Below, one piece after another: positions 48,261 through 56,880 of a stretch of DNA of 64,000 bases (position 1 is its first letter; each line of letters begins with the position of its first letter). Origin of the DNA: an uncultured Candidatus Saccharibacteria bacterium (GTDB lineage Bacteria > Patescibacteriota > Minisyncoccia > UBA6257 > 1-14-0-10-44-23). The stretch covers positions 219,922 through 283,921 of the forward strand of contig CAZJVT010000001.1 in the NCBI GenBank assembly GCA_964549935.1, in the 5' to 3' direction. The position numbers and the translations under genes are program-made. The notes below the pieces were generated by a model. It saw only the letters and a list, made by a program, of their open reading frames with translations, did not search any database and was not told where the DNA came from.

Positions 48261-48518
48261 ATGAAGCGCCAATTAAACGGAACAGTCGTGTCCGACAAAA
48301 TGATGAAGACCGCGGTCGTCGCGGTGTCATACCAAAAGAAGCACCCGAAGTACCTTAAGTACTACACGGTGACTCGCCGTTTTAAAGCTCACAACGAAAA
48401 CAACGAATACAAGACGGGTGACCAGGTTGTTATCGAAGAGACCCGCCCACTTTCCAAAGATAAACACTTTATAATTGTCGCCATGATTAAGAAGGCGGCA
48501 ATGACAGGGGTTGAATAA
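48261..48518 (+). CDS. rpsQ: 30S ribosomal protein S17
   Basis: GTVVSDKMMKTAVVAV..KYKAH.E....GD.V.IEETRPLSK. Confidence 0.85.
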   Translation: MKRQLNGTVVSDKMMKTAVVAVSYQKKHPKYLKYYTVTRRFKAHNENNEYKTGDQVVIEETRPLSKDKHFIIVAMIKKAAMTGVE

Positions 48519-48557
48519 ATCACTGATCATTCGTAAACAAGATAAGAAAACAAAGAT

Positions 48558-48926
48558 ATGTTGCAGATTCGATCAGTAGTAAAAGTAGCAGACAACACCG
48601 GAGCTAAGCTCATCCGTGTCTTCACGGTGTACGGTGGTAGCCGCAAGCGTTATGCCCGCCTTGGTGAGGTTGTTAATGCTTCGGTTCAGTCCGCTGAGCC
48701 GCGTAAGGCTATTAAGAAGAAAGATATCGTTAAGTGCGTCGTCGTTCGTACGGCCGCGCCGATTCGCCGTGCCGATGGTACTGTTATCCGCTTTGACGAA
48801 AACGCCGTTGTCATCATTGACGACAAAAAGGCTCCGAAGGGAACCCGCGTTTTCGGTCCTATTCCTCGCGAAATCAAGGAGATGGGATATGAAGCAATTT
48901 TCACTATGGCTGAAGAAGTTGTGTAG
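48558..48926 (+). CDS. rplN: 50S ribosomal protein L14
   Basis: MLQIRSVVKVADNTGAK..I.V... Confidence 0.92.
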   Translation: MLQIRSVVKVADNTGAKLIRVFTVYGGSRKRYARLGEVVNASVQSAEPRKAIKKKDIVKCVVVRTAAPIRRADGTVIRFDENAVVIIDDKKAPKGTRVFGPIPREIKEMGYEAIFTMAEEVV

Positions 48927-48968
48927 TGTTCACGAACACACGAACTCACGAATCACACGAATAAAACT

Positions 48969-49190
48969 ATGAAAATGAGCATCAAAAAAGGCGATACCGC
49001 CGTTATACGCAAAGGAAAGGACGCAGGTAAGAGCGGTAAAGTGCTCCGCGTTTTCCCGAAGGCCAACAAAGTTCTCGTTGAGGGTATTAACATGGTCAAG
49101 AAGCACAAGAAGCCGACCAAAGACGGCGAGAAGGGTCAGACCGTCAGCATTGCCCGTCCGATTGATCGCTCTAACGTTTCTGTTAAATAA
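48969..49190 (+). CDS. rplX: 50S ribosomal protein L24 (short, 73 aa)
   Basis: KOW motif IKKGDTAVIRKGKDAGKSGKVLRV. Confidence 0.85.
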   Translation: MKMSIKKGDTAVIRKGKDAGKSGKVLRVFPKANKVLVEGINMVKKHKKPTKDGEKGQTVSIARPIDRSNVSVK

Positions 49191-49195
49191 CGTCT

Positions 49196-49714
49196 ATGTC
49201 TAAAATTGTAAACACAATTGAAAAGGTAGTCGTTAACACCAGCTTCGGTAAGCTTTCGACTAACACTCCGGACTTTGACGGTAAGGTTCTTCCGACTATC
49301 GAAGAGCAGTTCTCAGCTATCGTTGGCCAAAAGGGTCAGCGCCGCCCGGCTCGTATTTCGATCTCCGGTTTCAAGCTCCGCTCCGGCATTATCATCGCCC
49401 TTAAGGCGACCCTTCGCGGTGCCCGTGCCCGTCAGTTTGTTTCGCGTACGGTCAACATCGTTATGCCGCGTGTCCGTGACTTCCACGGTATTAAGACCTC
49501 CGGTATCGACCGCGACGGCAACCTTACGTTTGGTATTAAGGAGCACGCCGTTTACCCGGAAATCGTTCTTGAAAAAGTTAAGTTCCCGTTTGGTATGGAG
49601 GTTACTATCGTTCCGAAGGCCCCGATGAAGCGTGAGGCAGCCCTCGCGTTTTATAAGGAGCTCGGTATTCCATTTGAAAAAACGGTCGCAACGACTAAAA
49701 AAGGAAACAAATAA
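49196..49714 (+). CDS. rplE: 50S ribosomal protein L5
   Basis: 172 aa with the L5 signature (RDFHGIK.SGIDRDGNLTFGIKE). Confidence 0.92.
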   Translation: MSKIVNTIEKVVVNTSFGKLSTNTPDFDGKVLPTIEEQFSAIVGQKGQRRPARISISGFKLRSGIIIALKATLRGARARQFVSRTVNIVMPRVRDFHGIKTSGIDRDGNLTFGIKEHAVYPEIVLEKVKFPFGMEVTIVPKAPMKREAALAFYKELGIPFEKTVATTKKGNK

Positions 49715-49717
49715 GGT

Positions 49718-49903
49718 ATGGCTAAAAAATCCATCATTGCCCGAGCAAATAAGAAGCCGAAGTTTAGCAGCCGCACTGTCCGCCGCTGTTTCCGCTGCGG
49801 CCGTAAGCATGGTTACATGCGCTTGTTTGGTATTTGCCGTATCTGTTTCCGCGAGATGGCCGGTCGCGGCGAAATCCCAGGTGTTAAGAAAGCTTCTTGG
49901 TAA
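49718..49903 (+). CDS. rpsZ: 30S ribosomal protein S14 type Z (zinc-binding)
   Basis: 61 aa with [23 protein letters not shown]. Confidence 0.9.
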   Translation: MAKKSIIARANKKPKFSSRTVRRCFRCGRKHGYMRLFGICRICFREMAGRGEIPGVKKASW

Positions 49904-49907
49904 ATTT

Positions 49908-50288
49908 ATGTACATTGATCTACTTACAAAACTGAAGAACGCCCAGAAGGCGAAGAAGGCCAGCATTAAGATGGCGTACTCCAACATGGACTTTGCCGTC
50001 GCCGAACTTTTGGCAGCCCGTGGTTTGGTTGCTTCAGTAACGAAGAAGGGCCGTATGCCGAAGCGCGTTATGGAGGTTGAGCTTAAATATGAAAACGGTG
50101 TCGGTGGTATTGGCGGCATGAAGCTTCTCTCTGTACCGAGCCGCCGCTTGTATGTCGGTTACGACAAGCTCCGCACAGTCCGCCAGGGTTTCGGTCTTTC
50201 TGTGATTTCAACGCCGAAGGGTATTATGACTTCGTCACAAGCCCGTAAAGAAAAGGTCGGAGGCCAATTGTTATTTGAAATCTGGTAA
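49908..50288 (+). CDS. rpsH: 30S ribosomal protein S8
   Basis: Start at MYIDLLTKLKNAQ. The listed ORF from 49632 is an upstream in-frame read-through. Confidence 0.9.
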   Translation: MYIDLLTKLKNAQKAKKASIKMAYSNMDFAVAELLAARGLVASVTKKGRMPKRVMEVELKYENGVGGIGGMKLLSVPSRRLYVGYDKLRTVRQGFGLSVISTPKGIMTSSQARKEKVGGQLLFEIW

Positions 50289-50295
50289 AAAATAT

Positions 50296-50838
50296 ATGTC
50301 AAAGATCGGTAAAAAACCAATTGTGCTTCCGGAGGGCGTAACTGCTACTATTGACGCTAAAGAAGTCACCGTAAAAGGTAAGGGCGGAACGCTCGTTGTC
50401 CCTGTTCTTCCGCATGTCACCGCCGCCATCGAAGGTTCGACTATCACTCTCACGATTGATTCGACCGTCGTTCAGGCTCGCGCTAACTGGGGAACTATGG
50501 GTGCCCACGTCCGCAACGCTATCGCCGGTGTCACCACGGGATTCGAAAAGAAGCTCGACGTGCAGGGTATCGGTTATAAGGCTGCGATGGAAGGACCTTT
50601 GCTCGTTTTGAGCCTTGGTTTCTCGCACCCGGTTAAGTACAAGGCCCCGGCCGGTATCAAATTGACCCTCGAGAAGAGCTTCATCACTGTTTCCGGTATC
50701 GACCGTCAGCTCGTTGGTCAGACCGCCGCTCAAATCCGCAAGTTCAAAAAGCCGGAGCCGTACCAGGGTAAGGGTATCCGTTATGTTGGTGAACAGGTCC
50801 GCCGTAAGGAAGGTAAGAAGGTCGCCGGAGCCGCGTAA
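50296..50838 (+). CDS. rplF: 50S ribosomal protein L6
   Basis: [15 protein letters not shown]. Two L6 repeats. Confidence 0.9.
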   Translation: MSKIGKKPIVLPEGVTATIDAKEVTVKGKGGTLVVPVLPHVTAAIEGSTITLTIDSTVVQARANWGTMGAHVRNAIAGVTTGFEKKLDVQGIGYKAAMEGPLLVLSLGFSHPVKYKAPAGIKLTLEKSFITVSGIDRQLVGQTAAQIRKFKKPEPYQGKGIRYVGEQVRRKEGKKVAGAA

Positions 50839-50852
50839 AATCAAAGAACTAT

Positions 50853-51221
50853 ATGAATCGAGCTATCAAGAAAAATTTGACCCGTGCCCGCCGCCGCCAC
50901 AGTATCCGTGGTCACTTAAAGCAGGTTACTACCCACCCGCGCCTTTCAGTGTTTCGCAGCAACGTGAACATGTATGTTCAGGTTATTGACGACAACGCCG
51001 GCAAGACTTTGGCTTCAGCCAGACTCTCAGAAATCAAAGCCACTAAAGTTAAGCAGCCGGAGGCTCAGATTGAGAGAGCGCAGGCTCTTGGTAAGTTGAT
51101 CGCAGAGCGCGCTATCAAAGCCGGTGTTAATGCAGTTGTGTTTGATCGTGGAAATTATGCGTATCACGGTCGAGTGAAGGCGATTGCCGCCGGCGCACGT
51201 GGGGGGGGTCTCAAGTTCTAG
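50853..51221 (+). CDS. rplR: 50S ribosomal protein L18
   Basis: [25 protein letters not shown]. Confidence 0.9.
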   Translation: MNRAIKKNLTRARRRHSIRGHLKQVTTHPRLSVFRSNVNMYVQVIDDNAGKTLASARLSEIKATKVKQPEAQIERAQALGKLIAERAIKAGVNAVVFDRGNYAYHGRVKAIAAGARGGGLKF

Positions 51222-51248
51222 AAAACGATAAACAAGAAACAAAAAACA

Positions 51249-51962
51249 ATGGAAGACGTAAAGCCACAACAGAATACGAATCCAGTAGCTCCCGCCTCCG
51301 CCGAGGCTTCGGTGGGCAAGCCTGCCGCAGCTCCGAAGGCAGCCGCTCCAGCCGGTCGTCCGGGTTTTGACAGCCGCCGTGGTCCTGGTGGTGCAAGCCG
51401 TGGTCCGGGTATGGGTGGTCGTGGTCCAGGTGGCGCAGGTCGCCCGGGAGGCCGTGGTCCAGGTGGCAACCGTCCTTTTGTTAAGAAAGACGAGTTCCAA
51501 GAGCAGACGCTTGATATGCGCCGCGTCGTCCGTGTTATGGCCGGTGGTAAGCGTTTCCGCTTCCGTGCAACTATCGTCATCGGTGACCTCCGTGGTCGCG
51601 TTGGTGTCGGTATGGGTAAGGGTCTCGACGTGCAGCAGGCTATTGCCAAGGCGCAGCGTGATGCTCGTAAACATTTGATCGTTGTCCCTCTTTCAAAGCG
51701 CACTATTCCGCACGAGGTTGAGGCTAAGTTTTCAGCTGCTCGTATCCGCTTGAAGCCGGCCCGCGAAGGTCACGGACTTGTCGCCGGAGGTGCCGCTCGC
51801 GCCGTGCTTTCTCTCGCCGGCATCAAAGACGTTACCGCCAAGACTCTTGGCCGTACGCCGAACCAGGTGACCAACGCCCTTGCAACCTTTGAAGCTTTGA
51901 AACAACTCAAAGCCCGCAAGCCGAAGGCCGAAAAGAAAGTCGTCGCCGAAGCTGCTAAGTAA
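51249..51962 (+). CDS. rpsE: 30S ribosomal protein S5 with a 75-aa Ala/Pro then Gly-Arg-Pro-rich N-terminal extension
   Basis: S5 core from RVVRVMAGGKRFRFRA onward. N-terminal GRPGFDSRRGPGGASRGPGMGGRGPGGAGRPGGRGPGG. Confidence 0.9.
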   Translation: MEDVKPQQNTNPVAPASAEASVGKPAAAPKAAAPAGRPGFDSRRGPGGASRGPGMGGRGPGGAGRPGGRGPGGNRPFVKKDEFQEQTLDMRRVVRVMAGGKRFRFRATIVIGDLRGRVGVGMGKGLDVQQAIAKAQRDARKHLIVVPLSKRTIPHEVEAKFSAARIRLKPAREGHGLVAGGAARAVLSLAGIKDVTAKTLGRTPNQVTNALATFEALKQLKARKPKAEKKVVAEAAK

Positions 51963-51982
51963 TCTGAATATTTTCTACTTCT

Positions 51983-52396
51983 ATGGAACTCCATCAATTA
52001 AAACGCAAACACCCGAACGCTAATAAGAGCCCGCGTGTTGGTCGCGGAGGTAAGCGTGGTACGACTTCTGGTAAGGGCACCAAGGGTCAGAAGTCACGTT
52101 CCGGTCACCGCATTCGTCCGGCTATGCGCGAATTCATCCAGCGCTTGCCGAAGTTGCGCGGTTACGCCAACAAATCAATCGCCGAAGAGGCGGCTGTTAT
52201 CTCGCTCCCGATGCTTGCTAAGCTTGCTTCACCGGTTTCTATGAAAACCATCGTTGAGGCTGGTTACGCAAAGCACGGTCAGCCGGTTAAGGTGCTTGGC
52301 AACGGCGAACTCAAGAAGGCGATTACGCTTGAAGGCGTGAAGGTCTCGGCAAAAGCCAAGGCTGCTATCGAGAAGGCGGGCGGTGCAGTAAAGTAG
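51983..52396 (+). CDS. rplO: 50S ribosomal protein L15
   Basis: K-R-G-rich N-terminus (RVGRGGKRGTTSGKGTKGQKSRSG). Directly follows rpsE with no rpmD between them. Confidence 0.9.
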   Translation: MELHQLKRKHPNANKSPRVGRGGKRGTTSGKGTKGQKSRSGHRIRPAMREFIQRLPKLRGYANKSIAEEAAVISLPMLAKLASPVSMKTIVEAGYAKHGQPVKVLGNGELKKAITLEGVKVSAKAKAAIEKAGGAVK

Positions 52397-52420
52397 TTTT
52401 CTTTCGTAAAACAATATCTT

Positions 52421-53692
52421 ATGCAAAAGTTCCTCCAACTGTTTCGAGTCCCAGAACTGCGCAAAAAAGTCCTCACGGTTGCAGGTTTACTTATCGTCTT
52501 CCGTTTGCTCGCCACTATCCCGGTGCCGGGTATTGATGCCGCCCAGCTCGCTAATGTGCTCGGTCAGAACCAGTTCCTCGGTTTCGTAAACTTGCTCTCC
52601 GGTGGCAGCCTCTCGAGTATGTCAATCTTGATGCTCGGTGTCGGTCCATACATCACGGGTTCCATCATCATGCAGCTCATGACGATGATGAGCAGCCGCC
52701 TCAAGCAGCTTTACTATGAAGAGGGAGCTATGGGCCGTATGAAGTTTAACCAGTACTCACGCTACCTGACTGTGCCGCTCGCGTTTCTTTCCGGTTACGG
52801 TTTCTTGAACCTCCTCGCTCGTCAGGGCGTGCTTCCGCAGCTCGGCGGTTTCCAGCTTATCACGACGCTTGTTATTATCACCGCCGGCTCATGTATCTTG
52901 ATGTGGCTCGGTGAGCTCATTAGCGAGCAGAAGATGGGCAACGGAATTTCCTTAATCATCTTTGCCGGTATCGTCTCACGTCTTCCGACCACGATTCAGC
53001 AGATGATCGCCAGTTACACGCCGGATCAGCTCGTGACTTATGTCGTGATTGCCGTGCTAGCCATTGCCGTTATCGCCGGCGTTATCTTCGTTAGCGAGGG
53101 TGAGCGCAAGATCGCCGTTACGTATGCTAAGCGCGTTCGCGGCAACAAGATGTACGGAGGCGTCACCAGCTATCTGCCTTTGAAGGTTAACCAGGCTGGT
53201 GTTATCCCTATCATCTTTGCGGTTTCGATTTTGCTCTTCCCGCAGTTGCTCGCACAGCTTCTTGCTATCTTCTCGGTGGATCTTTCGGTTTCACTACAGA
53301 ACACGGTTACGACTTTCTTAAACAACCAGGGGATTTACGCGATTATCTATTTCGTCCTCGTCGTCGCGTTTACCTACTTCTACACTGCCATCAGCTTTAA
53401 CCCGGATGAGCTTTCCAAGAACTTGCAGCAGTCCGGTGGCTTTATCCCGGGTATTCGTCCGGGTGAGCCGACGACAGAGTTCTTAAAGAGCACGAGTGGC
53501 CGCATTACGTTCTTTGGTGCCGTTTTCCTTGGTATCGTTGCCATCTTGCCGAATATCGTGCAGATGTTTACTGGCTTCCGTAGCTTCACGATTGGTGGTA
53601 CCGCACTGCTCATCGTCGTCTCGGTGGCACTTGAGATCGCTCGACAGGTTAACTCGCAGCTTACGATCCGCGAGTACGACTCAATAGGGTAG
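52421..53692 (+). CDS. secY: Preprotein translocase subunit SecY
   Basis: 423 aa, 10 TM helices, with the SecY plug and hinge motifs. Confidence 0.92.
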   Translation: MQKFLQLFRVPELRKKVLTVAGLLIVFRLLATIPVPGIDAAQLANVLGQNQFLGFVNLLSGGSLSSMSILMLGVGPYITGSIIMQLMTMMSSRLKQLYYEEGAMGRMKFNQYSRYLTVPLAFLSGYGFLNLLARQGVLPQLGGFQLITTLVIITAGSCILMWLGELISEQKMGNGISLIIFAGIVSRLPTTIQQMIASYTPDQLVTYVVIAVLAIAVIAGVIFVSEGERKIAVTYAKRVRGNKMYGGVTSYLPLKVNQAGVIPIIFAVSILLFPQLLAQLLAIFSVDLSVSLQNTVTTFLNNQGIYAIIYFVLVVAFTYFYTAISFNPDELSKNLQQSGGFIPGIRPGEPTTEFLKSTSGRITFFGAVFLGIVAILPNIVQMFTGFRSFTIGGTALLIVVSVALEIARQVNSQLTIREYDSIG

Positions 53693-53747
53693 GGGACGTA
53701 AAGCGTTGAGCGTGTAACGTGTAACGTAGAAAAGAAATCAAACCATT

Positions 53748-53780
53748 CCGGGCGGGCGCTACTGCGCCCGCCCGGTTTTG
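53748..53780 (+). terminator. Rho-independent terminator after secY
   Basis: CCGGGCGGGCGCTACTGCGCCCGCCCGG then TTTTG. Confidence 0.7.
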
Positions 53781-53795
53781 TTCGTATAATTCCGG

Positions 53796-53833
53796 GTATC
53801 ACTGATTACTACGGCCGTAGTAATCAGTGATAC
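53796..53833. repeat. 38-bp perfect palindrome (19-bp arms) with an ACGGCCGT centre
   Basis: GTATCACTGATTACTACGG|CCGTAGTAATCAGTGATAC. TATAAT lies just upstream. Between convergent genes. Confidence 0.5.
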
Positions 53834-53978
53834 GGGTTGAGCTGTATTAAAATAGTTCTATCATCTGGCCAGAAATCAGAATCGGCCAGCCCTCGAAAGG
53901 ACCGGCCGATTCAGCTCGCCATTTGTCGCAGCTACACTGCTGCGACCTGCCCGGGTTGCGGGCGCGCCTGGCGGGGCG

Positions 53979-54464
53979 CTATTTCTTCTCGTCGTATCCG
54001 ACGATGAGAGTCAGCGAGTTTTCCGGCGGGCTGGAGATCGCCGGTATCAGTCCGTCGCGCGGATATGCGCATCGTTGGACCTTGACTCGACTGCCCCTGG
54101 GGTAGGGCTTCTGTTCGGCGCAGTTCATCATCGCAATGAACTCGCTGCTCAGATTGCGAACCCCGTCCCAGTTTTCCGGGAGCGTCCCGTCAGACTTCAG
54201 GAGCCTGCGCTCCTTGAGCTGATCTTCCTTGCAGACGGCGACGTAGTACAGGTCGCCTGCCCACCGGAGCGGGTAGTCCATGACGATGTAGCCGTCTTCC
54301 AGCTTGTTGGTCGCCCTGAATTGCTGCATCGTGAAGGGCATGCGCCCCTTGGCTTCGAGCGCGCCGGCAGTCGGCCCGGTGCCTTCGGCCTCCAGCGACT
54401 GCCGAATCCCATTGACCAGAGCGAGAGCCAGCAGCGCGATGACTATCCAGTGTCTTTTCTTCAC
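53979..54464 (-). CDS. High-GC secreted hypothetical protein (GTG start)
   Basis: GGAGG SD 6 nt before the GTG. Signal peptide MKKRHWIVIALLALALVNG. GC about 62%. The overlapping + strand ORF 54075-54671 is judged spurious. Confidence 0.45.
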   Translation of the reverse strand: MKKRHWIVIALLALALVNGIRQSLEAEGTGPTAGALEAKGRMPFTMQQFRATNKLEDGYIVMDYPLRWAGDLYYVAVCKEDQLKERRLLKSDGTLPENWDGVRNLSSEFIAMMNCAEQKPYPRGSRVKVQRCAYPRDGLIPAISSPPENSLTLIVGYDEKK

Positions 54465-54652
54465 GGCCCACCTCCATTTCCCAGCGGGCGGTATGCCCTA
54501 GCTGTTAAATATATTACAGCACACTTTATGATATTTTGTCAAGTATTGGAGCCAGAGTTAACTATTGGCGCCGCCCAGGCCAAAATCCTCGATTCCATAG
54601 ACTTTTCTGCACCCTATTGCATGTTGATTATATTTGTTACAATTAATAGCAA

Positions 54653-55768
54653 ATGGCTATTCGCTCCGTAGAATCACTCAAAAACCTTGCTGGGAAAACT
54701 GTGCTTTTGCGCGTGGACTTTAACGTGGAAACGCCGCGCGATGCGCTGCGCCTGACTCGTTCCTTGCCGACGATTAAATATTTACTTGGTCAGCGAGCCC
54801 GTGTCGTACTCATCAGTCACCGTGGCCGGCCGGAGGGTTCGGTCGTTCCGGAGTTAAGCCTCAAGATTTTACTGCCGTTTTTGCGTCGCAAAGCCAGCCA
54901 GAGCATTTTCTTATTTGATCACTTCAACTTCGCGCACATTCGCGCGCAAGTTCACGCCGCCCGCCCGGGGACACTTTTTATGCTCGAAAATATCCGCTTC
55001 CTTTCCGGCGAAGAAAACGACGACCTAGCCGCCCGCAAAAAGTTGGCTGCGCAGTTGGCCGAACTTGGCGACTACTACGTCAACGACGCATTTGCTGTGT
55101 GTCACCGCGCCGGCGCCTCGATTACCGAGCTACCGCGTTTGCTGCCAGCCTACGCCGGATTTATCGTCCAGGAGGAGGTTACGAAATTGACGACCGTGCT
55201 TAAAAAGCCAAAGTTGCCGCTCGTTGTGGTTGTTGGCGGCGGTAAGGCGAAGGATAAGTTTGCGGTGGTTCACAATCTGCACCGCAAGGCGTCGCACTTT
55301 TTAATTGGCGGAGTACTGGCCAACACATTCTTGAAAGCGCGTGGCGTGGACATTGGCTATTCGGCGACCGACAACAGTATTTTTGATGACGTAAAGCGCA
55401 GCCTCAAAGACAAAAAGATCTCTCTGCCGCTTGATTGGATCGTTGGCGATACGGGAAAGATTTCGGATATTGGCCCACTGACCGTGGATTCCTTTGCCTC
55501 CGTCATTTCTGGCGCCAAAACAATTATCTGGAACGGGCCGATGGGAATTTTCGAAGACCCACGCTACCGGGCCGGTTCACTAGCCATTTCTAAGGCGATT
55601 GCCAAGAGCAAAGCCTTTTCAATTATTGGCGGCGGTGAGACGACGCAGTTTGTCGATCAGATTCGCATGGCCGACAAGTTTGATTTTCTCTCAACCGGTG
55701 GCGGCGCGATGCTGGAGCTCTTGGCAGGGAAGAAGTTGCCCGGAATCGAAGCTTTAAAAAAGAAATAA
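54653..55768 (+). CDS. pgk: Phosphoglycerate kinase
   Basis: LLRVDFNV, LPTIKYLL, ISHRGRP and C-terminal GGGAMLELLAGKKLPGIEAL. Confidence 0.85.
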   Translation: MAIRSVESLKNLAGKTVLLRVDFNVETPRDALRLTRSLPTIKYLLGQRARVVLISHRGRPEGSVVPELSLKILLPFLRRKASQSIFLFDHFNFAHIRAQVHAARPGTLFMLENIRFLSGEENDDLAARKKLAAQLAELGDYYVNDAFAVCHRAGASITELPRLLPAYAGFIVQEEVTKLTTVLKKPKLPLVVVVGGGKAKDKFAVVHNLHRKASHFLIGGVLANTFLKARGVDIGYSATDNSIFDDVKRSLKDKKISLPLDWIVGDTGKISDIGPLTVDSFASVISGAKTIIWNGPMGIFEDPRYRAGSLAISKAIAKSKAFSIIGGGETTQFVDQIRMADKFDFLSTGGGAMLELLAGKKLPGIEALKKK

Positions 55769-55771
55769 CCT

Positions 55772-56326
55772 ATGATTTTTCTAAAAGAGGGTCTTGACGT
55801 TAGAGATTTCGACCTCGTTTTCGTCGACTGCGAGTTCACGGGGCTCGAGGCGAAGCACGAGGTTGTCGAAATTGGATTCGTAAAAGTTAAGGCGGGAAGT
55901 TACGATGTAATCGCGCAGAAGTCTATCAAGATTAAGCCGACCCGACTTGCTGACGCCAACCCGGAGTCGCTGGCTATTTCGGGCTATAACGAAGTTGATT
56001 GGAAGGACGCCGTGGATTTAAAAACCGGACTCGAGGATTTTTTGAGCTACACCGACGGTGCGATGCTGGCCGGGCAAAACTTGGCGATTGACTGGTTCTT
56101 CTTAAAAAAGTCTTTGGCCGAGTGCGGACTCAAAGAAAATTACTTCTACAAAGGCCTTGATACCTTTACGCTAGCCTGGTCGCGGCTTTCCGGTGAGCGC
56201 GATATCAAGCGCTTTTCGCTTTCCGAGCTCGCGCCACGCTTTAGCGTCGACGCCGGAACGCAGCACCGGGCGCTTGATGACGCCCGCACAACATATCGTG
56301 TTTTCTTAAAGCTGATCGGACGCTAA
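55772..56326 (+). CDS. DEDDh 3'-5' exonuclease (DnaQ/epsilon-like)
   Basis: Exo I FVDCEFTGL, Exo II and Exo III HRALDDARTT. Confidence 0.7.
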   Translation: MIFLKEGLDVRDFDLVFVDCEFTGLEAKHEVVEIGFVKVKAGSYDVIAQKSIKIKPTRLADANPESLAISGYNEVDWKDAVDLKTGLEDFLSYTDGAMLAGQNLAIDWFFLKKSLAECGLKENYFYKGLDTFTLAWSRLSGERDIKRFSLSELAPRFSVDAGTQHRALDDARTTYRVFLKLIGR

Positions 56327-56330
56327 CAGT

Positions 56331-56738
56331 ATGGTAGACGTCATCATCTACACCGACGGCGGTAGCCGCGGCAATCCGGGCCCTTCGGCTTCAGGTTATA
56401 CAGTAAACGGCAAGCCATACGGCAAATACCTAGGCGTCACGACTAATAACGTCGCCGAGTACACCGCGATTAAACTTGCCCTGGAACAAGCCAAAGCCGA
56501 CCTTGGCGGTAAAGCCAAAGAGGCGCACGTCGAAGTACGAATGGATAGTCAGCTAGCCCAGCGGCAGCTTATCGGAAAATACAAAATGAAAAATGCCGGC
56601 CTGCGACCGATTTTTGACGCTATCAACGTGCTGCGTCGTGATTTTCGTTCAGTGTTGTTCATCCACGTTCCGCGCGAAGAAAACAAGGCGGCCGACGCCG
56701 CTGTTAATAAAGCCTTAAACGAAGTGGTGGGAATGTAG
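56331..56738 (+). CDS. rnhA: Ribonuclease HI
   Basis: IYTDGGSRGNPG, NNVAEYTAIKLAL, RMDSQLA and HVPREENKAAD. Confidence 0.85.
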   Translation: MVDVIIYTDGGSRGNPGPSASGYTVNGKPYGKYLGVTTNNVAEYTAIKLALEQAKADLGGKAKEAHVEVRMDSQLAQRQLIGKYKMKNAGLRPIFDAINVLRRDFRSVLFIHVPREENKAADAAVNKALNEVVGM

Positions 56739-56744
56739 GATATA

Positions 56745-56842
56745 CCCCCACACCAAGAGATAGCGCGTTTCAATAAAGCTGGTTAGCAAGGGCTAGCGCT
56801 TTGTGTGTGGATAACAAAGTAGGGAATCTCTTGGTGTGGGGG
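56745..56842. repeat. MITE-like element with 16-bp terminal inverted repeats CCCCCACACCAAGAGA
   Basis: Left CCCCCACACCAAGAGA, right TCTCTTGGTGTGGGGG. Flanked by TATA and followed directly by TATACT. The TIR core is shared with 43372-43493. Confidence 0.45.
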
Positions 56843-56880
56843 TATACTGAAGTAAACAGTAAACTATTACATTTTTAACC

